Under the pieces are notes generated by a model that was not told the origin of the DNA, did no database searches, and saw only the letters and a program-made list of their open reading frames with translations. A DNA stretch of 60,611 nucleotides, counting the filler, from an uncultured virus (IMG/VR IMGVR_UViG_2061766007_003579) (lineage: Duplodnaviria > Heunggongvirae > Uroviricota > Caudoviricetes). It is 3 parts of one record of this genome, joined end to end, with 100 filler letters (N's around TTAATTAATTAA, not from the genome) between each part and the next. Parts side by side here need not be neighbours in the genome. Positions count along the whole stretch, not along the records: positions 23,370 to 47,513 come from IMGVR_UViG_2061766007_003579; positions 47,614 to 60,611 come from IMGVR_UViG_2061766007_003579; 1 more part is not named here. The stretch is one strand, 5' to 3'. The stretch's first letter is position 1. Every line of letters begins with the position of its first letter. Of this stretch, positions 41,346-52,137 are shown piece after piece. Position numbers and translations under genes: made by a program.

Positions 41346-43330
41346 ATGCTTCAACGATTTCTGGGAAGCTGAGCGCAAGTATAAGCAGCTTCAGATTGCC
41401 CTCGGAGATACGTCTTCGTATAACAAGGCCACAGACACCATAAGAAAGCTTTCAAAGCAGACTCTTTCATCTAAGGGAGATGTCGAGTCTATGGTTGCAG
41501 AACTTGCAGCCCTCGGCAAGAACGCTGACGAGATCGACCGGATCAGTTCCGCTGCAGTGTATCTGTCCAANNNNNNNNNNGAAGGGAGATGTCGAGTCTA
41601 TGGTTGCAGAACTTGCAGCCCTCGGCAAAAACGCTGACGAGATCGACCGGATCAGTTCCGCTGCAGTGTATCTGTCCAATGTCACCGGAAAGGACCTCAA
41701 CTCCTCGATGACGACGCTGCTTAACACCTACAACGGTACCACAACTCAGCTGAAGAGGCTCGGAATCGATGTGTCAAACCTCACAACTGAGGAACTTGCT
41801 CAAGGCGCTGCGGTGGACAAGGTAATCGCATCCCTCAAGACTTATTCCGAGCAGCTTGCAGAGATAGATACAAGGCAGNNNNNNNNNNAAATGTCACCGG
41901 AAAAGACCTCAACTCCTCGATGACAACTCTGCTCAACACATATAACGGAACCACCACACAACTGAAGAAACTTGGAATAGATGTGTCAAACCTCACAACT
42001 GAGGAACTGGCACAGGGTGCCGCGGTGGACAAAGTCATCTCATCCCTCAAGACTTATTCCGAGCAGCTTGCAGAGATAGATACAAGGCAGNNNNNNNNNN
42101 NNNNNNNNNNNNNNNNNNNNNNNNNNNNNNNNNNNNNNNNNNNNNNNNNNNNNNNNNNNNNNNNNNNNNNNNNNNNNNNNNNNNNNNNNNNNNNNNNNNN
42201 NNNNNNNNNNNNNNNNNNNNNNNNNNNNNNNNNNNNNNNNNNNNNNTGAGTTCATTTCCAAGCTTGGCGAGACCTTGAAATCAATGCTCGGGAAGGTGAT
42301 CAAATTTGATAACATCAAGAACCTGATATCTTTTCTCGGTGACTATATCGTCTCTCAATTCAAGAACACACTGACCAACATCACAAATATGCTTGATCTG
42401 GTACTGAATGCCATACCGGATACGATCAAGACCATCGGAGAAGGAATCTACAACTATCTGATGTATCTCCTGACTTCGTACTGCGACGAGGTCGGAATAA
42501 ACATCTCCGAGATTGTGAACAACATCGGAAAATGGCTCACAGAATCTCCGGTGGGCAAGATCATCGACAAGGTGATAAGCACCGTTGTCAACGGTCTTAA
42601 GCTGATCGGCACAATCATCCGCAATATACCGCAGATTGTAAGAATAGTTCTCAGCCATCTAGGAGACATGATCGCTGAGTTTGTAAAGGCCTTACCGAGC
42701 GCGTTCCTGAATACAATGAAGGGAATCGGCAACAGGATCCTCTACGGTATATATCACATCAAAGATGTATTCCTACAGAGTATCGAGGACTCTCTGAACA
42801 GTATCGGGGAATGGATCCAGAACACNNNNNNNNNNACCGTTGTCAACGGTCTCAAGCTGATCGGCACAATCATCCGGAACATCCCGCAGATCGTAAGAAT
42901 AGTTCTCAGTCATCTGGGAGATATGATCGCTGAGTTTGTAAAGGCCTTACCGAGCGCATTCCTGAATACAATGAAGGGAATCGGAAACAGGATCCTCTAT
43001 GGCATCTATCACATAAAAGATGTCTTCCTGCAGAGNNNNNNNNNNCTGGGTCGGCAAAGCCATGAAATGGATGGGCCTTGATCTCGGAGGAAAGCTGGCC
43101 AACATAGACTTTGGGGTAGATACCTCAAAAGCCGACAGCTATAAATCTACTGCGGACTCCTATTTCGCATCTGCCGGTCAGGCCATGTCCAATGTCAGGG
43201 AAATAGGCGCAGAGATGGTAAGAGAGATCAACGAGCTTCTCTCTCCCAAGATCGAGGAATGGTCAGCCAACAGCTCAACTACAATCGGTGAAAAACTTGC
43301 CACATGGACCGCAAAGTCCTCAGATGAATA
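41346..43330 (+). CDS. tape measure protein fragments (N-terminal and middle, overlapping alleles)
   Basis: Homologous to the 52138 ORF; duplicated flanks around N-gaps. Confidence 0.8.
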
Positions 43331-43340
43331 NNNNNNNNNN

Positions 43341-43739
43341 TATGCAGTTGAAAAGATGATATCCGCTTCTTACGAAAGGACGAGACAGAAGTCTGGTTCC
43401 CACGTCTTCGATTGTGATGTTCAGAGCCTGCTCTCCGTGGTCTGTCAGTGTCCAGGACCAGTTGGTGGAAAGGTATCCTGTGAAGACTATTTCATATTCG
43501 TCTCTGAGCACTGCATGGACATCACAGTCAGCTGCAATTATGTCCGCGATTGACGGACAGTTGCAGGACAGCTGGAGCTTCGCCTGGTTACTTGAGCTGT
43601 TCAGCCCGTTCATGATCTGTTCCTGAATGCAAATGCTCCGGTTAATGATGTTCGTGTTGAGTATTGTCTGAGAAGATCCGTTCCCGGAAATAGGCTCCTC
43701 TGAAAATGTCAGATGTAGAGTGGGGGTAGTTATTCTCAT
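43341..43739 (-). CDS. tail hub/fibre protein N-terminal fragment (allele of 45303)
   Basis: MRITTPTLHLTFSEEP versus MRLTNPTLHITFSEEP. Confidence 0.85.
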
Positions 43740-43790
43740 GTTGTCACTCCAAAATATGAGAGCTCATCGAACTGTGCCTTNNNNNNNNNN

Positions 43791-45306
43791 AGGATTCTCC
43801 AAGGCGATAGCAGACGCCATAGATGCTGCTGCTACAATCAAGGAAAACAACAAGGCTATCTCTGACCTTTATTCTGGAATTGAGTCCGTCAATGTGGCCG
43901 CGCCTGATTATCAGGAGATCACAGCGCAGGTCAAGGAATCAGGTGCCTTCGTTGAGAAGCTCTGGGACATTAGCCAGAGTCTTAAGGACAGGATAGTCGA
44001 CAACTCTGAGGCATGGAAGGATATCGGAGACCAGTTCGCGGAACTCCTGAACCCGGTTTTTGAGAAGTTCGTCTCTGATAACAGCACAACTATCGGGCAG
44101 ACACTTGCAACCTGGACCGCCAAAAGCTCGGATGAATACTATGAGGCAGCCAAAACCTCGTTCTCTTCAATTGGCTCATTCCTGAAGGATTGGGGAAAGC
44201 AGACCTTCGGTGATCTCAAGGATGGTTGGAGTGAGAAGTTTGAGAAGCTGTCCTCCGCGTTCACTAATGTGTTCGGAGATGACGTTTCAGGCTTTGTCAC
44301 ATGGTTCCAGGGATTCCTGTCTGAACATGCTGATGATGCATCGAATTCTGTGATTCCTGTGGTCGATTCCCTGGAGGATGTCGAGGATGCGATCAACAAA
44401 GCTTCAAAGACATTCCTGGAGAAACTGGGAGACAAGATCGGTTCCTGGGCAGCAAAGATCACAGGCTCGAATTCCGAACAAGGTTCTGCCTTCGGAGCAT
44501 CGGTCATTTCCTCCATGACGTCCAGCCTCGGGCAGGCAGGTGAGGTCGCTGGAAAGCTTGCACAGAACATGGCAGCTATGGGACCGCTTCTCGGAGCTAT
44601 AGCAACCGCTCTTGAATATGTGTTCCAGGGGCTGGCGGAGACTCTTGGTCCGATACTCAATGAATTTGTTCAGTTCGGTATTGAGCCGCTTAAGGAACTA
44701 GGGCGTGTGATCGGAGATATTCTTATTCCAGTTTTTGAGGATTTGATGCCCTTAGTTGAGGATTCCGCTAACTTTTTGATGGGAATATTTAATATTTTGG
44801 GCATCGTTTTGAAACCTGTGATACAGGTGATCAGTTCGTCTCTGACGCCTGTCATGAGTGTGATTTCCAACATTCTGCAGGCGCTGTCTCCGGTTCTGAA
44901 GGTTTTTGCGAAGATCTTTGTGACAGTCACTGGAACCATCCAGTATGTGGTCCAGACACTGCAGCATTGGGTTGCAACTCTCATGAACTGGCTGGCGGGA
45001 CTGAATATTCTCGGCTGGTATCCTTTCGGCGGCCTTGCCATGAATGATCCCGGTAGTCCGGGAGATTACGGATCATACATTAAGAGTAAATGGAATGACA
45101 TCGATGCGGCATTTGAACAGTCTTCATCTGCCGGTTCCGTATCTACAGCCACTGCTGTATCTTCTGCCGGTTATCAGGGTGCGACACATGTGACGATCAA
45201 CATCTACCAGGAGGCTCCTGTGGTCGGTGATGCAGGCATGAAGCAGTTCGCCATGATGATCAGAAGCCAGTTCGACGAGCTCTCATATTTCGGAGTAACT
45301 ACATGA
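43791..45306 (+). CDS. tape measure protein C-terminal half (allele)
   Basis: Ends FDELSYFGVTT with ATGA overlap into the hub gene. Confidence 0.85.
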
Positions 45307-46882
45307 GACTGACAAATCCCACACTTCACATCACGTTCTCAGAGGAACCGCTTTCAGGAAACGGATCCTCCCAGACTATATATAACGCCCACATCATCAA
45401 CCGTAGCATCAGCATACAGGAGCAACTGCTTAACGGGCTTTCAAGCTCGAGCAACCATGCGACAATGCAGCTCTCTCGTGACTGTCCGTCGATTGCAGAC
45501 ATAATTGCTGCAGACAGTGATGTCCACGCTGTGCTTTTGGATGGCTCCGACGTGCTCTTCACAGGGTATCTCTCTACCAACTGGTCATGGACCCTTACCG
45601 AGCATGGGGAGCAGGCTCTGAGCCTGACGATAGAGGATGTTGGTACCAGGTTGCTCAATGCCCCTTTCATAAGAAGCGGGTATCATCTGTTCAACTGTAC
45701 AGCCCAGGCTGCCTTAGAGGCGGTATGTCTCTCATGTGGTATTGCAGTATCGCGGTCCTCAGATCCTGTCGTAGGGAATGTGGTCAAGACGATCAATTCC
45801 TCCGACAAATGCAGGGATATCCTGGACAGGATGCTTCATGAGCTGGGGTATGTATTTTACTTCGACAACCTGGGTGAGTTGAGAGTCTTCAGAATTGACT
45901 GTGCCTCTGTGGATGATGTTCCCGTACTGGACAAGGATTCACTTGTCATCGCAGGGGGCAAGGCCGTCACCCTTTCCAAGAATATTAGGCAGTATCGTTC
46001 GGCCAAGGTCTCATATTCCGAACTTGGGACTGCCTCAAATTACCTTGTCTACCGCAATACAACAGGGCAGGATTCAGGGCATCCTTACTGCAACCTGCCT
46101 TTAGCTTCCGGTGAGCATTTTGACGGAACGGAGATATACACCATAGTCTCTCCGGATGAGTTCCGGGAACCTGCCTTGATAGAGGCATGCAATGCGGATT
46201 CCGAGACAGATAAAGTCGGTTCCAACAAGATTGTTGCAGTCAATAATGTGATTAAGACAGTTACCGGAGATACGGGTCTTCAGTGCACCATAACAGGTGC
46301 AGGGGGACCTTATCTTTCAATCGATGCATACAATCCGACAGCAGGGGAGAAGTCCTTCACCCGTATGGACGCCTACGCATCCATAATCTATGAGAAGGCG
46401 ACATCTGTTATCCGCACCGGAGAGGATGGAAGCTGTGTCGAGGAGACCCTGGAATTTGTACATGACAGAACTTCCGCCTCAAGGCTTGCGAACCTCCTAT
46501 GCCAGTATCACAGACAATGCGGTTCAAAGTACACATTCCAATCTTCCGAGGTTATCCAGTGTGGAAGCATCATCAGGCTTCATGACAATGTGTTCTCCGG
46601 TCTTGATGTGAACGTCATGGTTTATGCAAGGACCATGCGTGATGATTGCTCTGTTATCGCATACTCTGCATTCGGGATTTCCGTATTCCATCTGGACAGG
46701 GATACCTATCACCGTACGGCAGACAGGCCCAGGACATCTACCAGAGGCAAGGATGGTGCAACAGGCCCTCAGGGTCCGAAAGGTGATAAGGGAGACAAGG
46801 GTGACACTGGAAATACCGGCCCGCAAGGCCCTCAGGGAGAGAAGGGGGATAAAGGTGATACTGGTAGCACTGGACCACAAGG
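45303..46882 (+). CDS. tail tip/baseplate hub domain running in frame into collagen repeats (N-terminus of a giant fibre)
   Basis: LFTGYL, GYVFYFDNLGELRV hub-like motifs, then [15 protein letters not shown]. Confidence 0.8.
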
Positions 46883-46892
46883 NNNNNNNNNN

Positions 46893-47513
46893 GGACGCAC
46901 ACAAGGTAGGAACACTGATCAAGGTCTCAGAGGAGCTTCTCAACGACTCCGCATTCGATCTTGAGGGTTACATGAGATCCGAGTTCGCCCGCAGGATCGG
47001 CGACAAGGAGGAAGCTGCTTTCCTTACAGGAAACGGCACCCACAAGCCCACCGGACTTCTGAACGCCACAGGTGGCGCACAGGTCGGCCTCACTGCCGCA
47101 TCAACTACTGCCATCACTGCTGATGAGATCATTGATCTGTTCCACAGCCTCAAGACCCCCTACCGCAAGAAGGCGATCTGGGTCCTGAATGACAGCACCA
47201 TCAAGCTCATTAGAAAACTCAAGGACGGAAACGGCCAGTATCTCTGGCAGCCTGGTATCAGGGATGGAGAGACCAACACCATCCTTGGAAAGCCGTACCA
47301 CACCTCTGCCTTCATGCCTGAGGTCGGAGCCGGAAACAAGACGGTTCTTTTCGGAGATCTCTCCTATTACTGGGTCGCAGACAGGTCTGGAATCATCTTC
47401 AAGAGACTCAATGAGCTCTTTGCAGGAAACGGCCAGGTGGGATTCCTTGCCTACAAGCGTCTTGATGCCAAGACCGTGCTTCCTGAAGCAATCAAGGTCC
47501 TGCAGCAGAAGGC
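46893..47513 (+). CDS. major capsid protein, divergent second type, C-terminal fragment
   Basis: DAHKVGTLIKVSEELLNDS, KLKDGNGQYLWQPG, KRLDAK. Confidence 0.9.
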
Positions 47514-47613
47514 NNNNNNNNNNNNNNNNNNNNNNNNNNNNNNNNNNNNNNNNNNNNTTAATTAATTAANNNNNNNNNNNNNNNNNNNNNNNNNNNNNNN
47601 NNNNNNNNNNNNN
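47514..47613. other. artificial contig linker N44-TTAATTAATTAA-N44
   Basis: Same as 23270-23369. Confidence 0.95.
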
Positions 47614-47842
47614 TACGGTCAATAAAGGAGACGAAGGTAATCTTCTCGCGGAGAAGACCCGGGGTCAGGCGGATGTNNNNNNNNNNNNNNNNNNNNNNNN
47701 NNNNNNNNNNNNNNNNNNNNNNNNNNNNNNNNNNNNNNNNNNNNNNNNNNNNNNNNNNNNNNNNNNNNNNNNNNNNNNNNNNNNNNNNNNNNNNNNNNNN
47801 NNNNNNNNNNNNNNNNNNNNNNNNNNNNNNNNNNNNNNNNNN

Positions 47843-48451
47843 CCGGATGTGACAATCAAGTCCATCAAGATCTCTGCGGCTGCCCAGGACTACGTTAAGG
47901 TCGACATCGACATCATTGGAGTCAAGGAGCTCTCAGCCGGAGATGAAGGCGCAAAGACCGTTCAGACCCTTTCGTTCACGCTTCCATCATACAGGTGTAC
48001 CCAAGCGACTCTCAAATATGCCGTTGGAGGGACCTCTAAGGCATCAGTCTCTCAGTCCATCTGCGTTGAGAGCTGCGACATCACCATCGATAACGGTATT
48101 GAGGAGGCTCCTGCAACTTACTGCTCGGGTCTCTTCTCGGGGAGACCTGTGATGGGAAGAAGGACTGTGTCAGTCGATTTCTCTATTCCGTTCTCAGATG
48201 CGATGGATACCTTCAGGAAAACGTACTATCTGGATGGCTCAAGTCCGACAGTGGCGCTTCTTCTGAAGTTCACTACCTCTGATCCTGATGAGAACATTGA
48301 GATCTATCTTCCGAACGTCAGCATTACATCAGCTGACGGGAATGTCGGAGGAACAGGAATCATCGACTCGTCTTACAGCGGTGAGGCGCTTTCCGTCGGA
48401 AGTGCTGAACCGATCACGGCAACTGTCAACCATAAGGAGGTCGGAGAATGA
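47843..48451 (+). CDS. major tail protein allele, C-terminal part
   Basis: Near-identical protein to 21119-22085. Confidence 0.85.
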   Translation, partial: PDVTIKSIKISAAAQDYVKVDIDIIGVKELSAGDEGAKTVQTLSFTLPSYRCTQATLKYAVGGTSKASVSQSICVESCDITIDNGIEEAPATYCSGLFSGRPVMGRRTVSVDFSIPFSDAMDTFRKTYYLDGSSPTVALLLKFTTSDPDENIEIYLPNVSITSADGNVGGTGIIDSSYSGEALSVGSAEPITATVNHKEVGE

Positions 48452-48813
48452 GGTACGTGAGAAATAAGGCATATGAGAATGCAATCCAGAAAGTCAGGGT
48501 TGATTTCGGCACTCTGATCGGACTAGAGAAAGAGGAGGATGCATACGTGGTTCTCAAGGAGCTGCCTACGTTGGAAATGATGCAGCTTAACGAAGCCCAC
48601 GAGAAAGGCCGCAAGGAACTGCTTGAGTTCTTCGTGGAGGTCCTGCCTGTTATCATCGTTGATCACAATCTCTATGAGACCGAGACGGAGAAGATGTCCA
48701 ACGATGAAGTGGCCAAATTCATCTATGAGAAGCTTGATCTTACAGGCAAGGTCATAGGGGAGTATGCATCTGCAAGTTTTTTTACCCGACAGAACTCGGA
48801 CGACGACAGCTGA
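48448..48813 (+). CDS. tail assembly chaperone allele; slippery T7 at 48777-48783
   Basis: Homologue of 22082. Confidence 0.85.
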   Translation: MRYVRNKAYENAIQKVRVDFGTLIGLEKEEDAYVVLKELPTLEMMQLNEAHEKGRKELLEFFVEVLPVIIVDHNLYETETEKMSNDEVAKFIYEKLDLTGKVIGEYASASFFTRQNSDDDS

Positions 48814-48989
48814 TCTCTCTTTCGCGCGAGGTTTTCAATGGCAGGTATGATCCAGAACTGTATTCAGAATACGGACATTGGCTCACTTATATAACCGACG
48901 TCTACCTACCGATCTNNNNNNNNNNCTTGATGAGCTTGTGCAGAAGGAGATCGACAGAGCCGAGAAGGCAGCTCAAAGGAAGGCAGCAA

Positions 48990-49436
48990 ATGCGAAATGA
49001 GCTTACAATCCTCAACGCGCTGAAGACCGTTGTCCAGACACAGTTGAATCCATATCTGCAGGAGAATCTGGACCCGATCGGAGAACGGAATGTTGCCATC
49101 GATTACCCTGATACAGACCAGATGCCCATGAAGACAATGCTTTATATCCAGCCGAATTGGGCAGACTATGAGAACTTATCAACGGAATCAGACTTCTCAA
49201 CCTTCGGAATCGCCCTCTTCATCATCTGCAAGAAGGATACTCAGGAAAACCTTACAAAGAAGATATACGGGTACTTCAATGCCCTGTATTCGCTTCTCCG
49301 GACCAATATCTCACTCGACGGCGAGGTTGATTTCTCAAGCATCACAGATGCCGACTTCTATCCGGCGGTTGAAGGGAACAGGAATGTTCAGGCGATCGAG
49401 GTCTCGATAGCCGTTAGTTATACCAAGGATTTCTGA
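48990..49436 (+). CDS. tail terminator-like protein allele
   Basis: Homologue of 20661; directly overlaps the end of the neck gene. Confidence 0.8.
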   Translation: MRNELTILNALKTVVQTQLNPYLQENLDPIGERNVAIDYPDTDQMPMKTMLYIQPNWADYENLSTESDFSTFGIALFIICKKDTQENLTKKIYGYFNALYSLLRTNISLDGEVDFSSITDADFYPAVEGNRNVQAIEVSIAVSYTKDF

Positions 49437-49451
49437 CTAAGCTTGTCTGCT

Positions 49452-49562
49452 TTACCTCATCATGGCTGAGCAGAACGCCAGAAGAAAGACCAGTCCTACA
49501 AAGATTGCACCGATGATGAGAAGGATTCTGATTGTTTTGAACAGTTTATCTCTTTCGTCCAT
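49452..49562 (-). CDS. 36-aa single-TM moron peptide (not in the ORF track)
   Basis: MDERDKLFKTIRILLIIGAIFVGLVFLLAFCSAMMR; promoter TTGAAA-16-TATACT ends 6 nt before ATG. Confidence 0.65.
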   Translation of the reverse strand: MDERDKLFKTIRILLIIGAIFVGLVFLLAFCSAMMR

Positions 49563-49605
49563 GAATCAAGTATACAGCACATAATCCATTTTTCAACAAG
49601 GAGGA

Positions 49606-50384
49606 ATGCCTATGTCAAATCGCGTAGGTGCCGGCTCCGTCTGTCAGGCGGGGCTTCAGAATGCATGGGGCATGCCCGCAACCCCTGACACTCTCATCAA
49701 CATGACGGGCGAGACCCTCAAGGTCACTGTGACCAAGGGAGATGAAGGTAATCTTCTGGCAAAGAAAACCCGAGATCAGGCTGATGTCATGTCAATCAAG
49801 GTGGATGGAGGCTTCTCCACCATCCTCAGACCGGAGTTCGCCGACTGGGTCTTCGAGGCGGTCATGGGTGGCAAGACAGACAATGTCTATACCCTTGCTG
49901 CGCCTAACACAGAGCTTCCTGTCAGCACAATCGTGCTCTCACGTGGCGGAATCGTGAAGACATATCCTGATGTGACGATCAAGTCCATCAAGATCTCCGC
50001 CGCAGCGCAGGACTATGTGAAGGTCGACATCGACATTCTTGGAGTCAAGGAGCTATCTGTCGGAGACGAAGGAGCAAAGACAGTACAGACTCTGTCTTTC
50101 ACGCTCCCATCCTACAGATGTACTCAGGCTACCCTCAAGTATGCCGCAGGTGGAACCGCCAAGGCTTCTATAACACAGACAATCTGCGTGGAGAGCTGCG
50201 ATGTCACGATTGACAACGGCATCGAGGAGGCTCCGGCCACATACTGCTCGGGTCTCTTCTCAGGAAGGCCTGTCATGGGAAGAAGGACCGTGTCTGTGGA
50301 CTTCTCGATCCCGTACTCCGATGCCATCGATACATTCAGGAAGATCTACTACATGGACGGCTCAAGCCCGACCGTGGCTCTTCT
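49606..50384 (+). CDS. major tail protein allele, partial
   Basis: AAGGAGG SD; homologue of 21119. Confidence 0.85.
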
Positions 50385-50394
50385 NNNNNNNNNN

Positions 50395-51066
50395 CCTGGT
50401 TCCACCGAATACCGAGCTTCCGGTTTCAACCATCCTGCTTTCTCGTGGCGGAATTGTGAAAACCTATCCTGATGTCACGGTCAAATCCATCAAGATCTCA
50501 GCTGCAGCACAGGACTACGTGAAGGTTGATATCGACATTGCCGGAGTAAAGGAACTGAATGCAGGCGAGTCCGGTGCCCAGACGGTTCAGACCCTTTCCT
50601 TCACATTGCCTTCTTACCGCTGTACTCAGGCTACTTTGAAGTACGCGGCAGGAGGAACGGCAAAGGCCGCGGTGTCACAGACCATCTGCGTCAAGGAATG
50701 CAACATCAGCATAGACAACGGAGCTGAGGATGCACCTGCGACCTATTGCTCCGGTCTGTTTTCCGGAAGGCCTGTCCCTGGACTCAGAGGTGTGACCGTT
50801 GATTTCTCCATACCGTATTCGGATGCTGTGGACACCTTGAGGAACACATACTACAAGGATCCTTCAAGCCCGACGGTGGCTCTTCTTCTGAGGTTCACCA
50901 CGTCGGATCCGGAAGAGAGCATCGAGGTATACATCCCGCATGTCTCCATCACGTCAGCAGACGGCAATGTGGGAGGGGCCGGGATAATCGATTCCTCATT
51001 CTCCGGGGAGGCTCTTTCCATAGGGAGTACTGAGCCGATCACAATCACTGTCAATCATAAGGAGGG
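50395..51066 (+). CDS. major tail protein, more divergent allele, partial
   Basis: KECNISIDNGAEDAP, PVPGLRGVTV variants. Confidence 0.8.
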
Positions 51067-51076
51067 NNNNNNNNNN

Positions 51077-51503
51077 TGGCGGGACCGCCAAGGCCTCCAT
51101 CACACAGACGATCTGTGTGGAGAGCTGCGATGTCACAATCGACAACGGCATCGAGGAGGCTCCGGCCACTTATTGCTCAGGTTTGTTCTCCGGACGGCCT
51201 GTCATGGGAAGAAGGACCGTGTCCGTCGATTTCTCCATCCCGTACTCCGATGCCATCGACACGTTCAGGAAGACCTACTACATGGACGGCTCAAGCCCGA
51301 CCGTGGCTCTTCTCCTGAAGTTCACCACTTCCGATCCTGACGAGAACATCGAGATCTACATTCCCAACGTCAGCATCAATTCAGCGGACAGCAATGTCGG
51401 CGGTGCAGGAATAATCGATTCGTCATTCAGTGGCGAGGCTCTTTCCGTCGGAAACGCCGAGCCCATCACAGTGACAGTCAACCATAAGGAGGTCGGAGAA
51501 TGA
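51077..51503 (+). CDS. major tail protein allele, C-terminal part
   Basis: Overlaps the 49606 allele; ends NHKEVGE. Confidence 0.85.
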
Positions 51504-51865
51504 AGTACGTGAGGGAAAAGGCATATGACAACGCCATCCAGAAAGTCAGGGTGGATTTCGGTACCCTGATCGGGCTCGAGAAGGACGAGGACGCATATGT
51601 GGTTCTCAAGGAACTCCCGACCCTTGAGATGATGCAGCTCAATGAGGCTCATGAGAAAGGTCGCAAGGAGCTTCTTGAGTTCTTCGTGGAGGTCCTGCCT
51701 CTGATCATAGTGGAGCATAACCTCTATGAAACGGAGACCGAGAAGATGTCCAACGACGATGTGGCCAGGTTCATCTATGAGAAGCTCGACCTCACCGGCA
51801 AGGTCATCGGGGAGTATGCATCGGCCAGTTTTTTTACCCGACAGAACGCGGAAGACGCCAGCTGA
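51500..51865 (+). CDS. tail assembly chaperone allele; slippery T7 at 51829-51835
   Basis: Homologue of 22082. Confidence 0.85.
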   Translation: MKYVREKAYDNAIQKVRVDFGTLIGLEKDEDAYVVLKELPTLEMMQLNEAHEKGRKELLEFFVEVLPLIIVEHNLYETETEKMSNDDVARFIYEKLDLTGKVIGEYASASFFTRQNAEDAS

Positions 51866-52113
51866 TCAGTCTTTCGCATGAAGTTTTCAACGGCAGGTAC
51901 GATGCGGAACTGTACGCAGAATACGGACACTGGCTGACGTATATTACCGATGTCTATCTGCCGATCTGCAACTCGGATTCAGGCGATTTCAGGGTGCTTC
52001 CGTTTCCTGGAGGCATCCTTGATCAGCCATATATGACCATGCAGGTGCTCAAGGTCATACAGGCGGAATACCGCAAGCATCTGAATGAGAAAGCTCAGCG
52101 TCTGAGCAAATAA
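51835..52113 (+). CDS. chaperone -1 frameshift extension (complete)
   Basis: YPTERGRRQLISLSHEVF...YRKHLNEKAQRLSK-stop, ending 24 nt before the tape measure ATG. Confidence 0.85.
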   Translation, partial: YPTERGRRQLISLSHEVFNGRYDAELYAEYGHWLTYITDVYLPICNSDSGDFRVLPFPGGILDQPYMTMQVLKVIQAEYRKHLNEKAQRLSK

Positions 52114-52137
52114 TCAATTCTTCAAGAGGTATCCTCA

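Noticed and set aside
46624..47565. Fusion ORFs spanning gaps (fibre-capsid here; also 52138-55674 and 55134-57608)
   Set aside because: Produced by translating through N-runs that join unrelated fragments.
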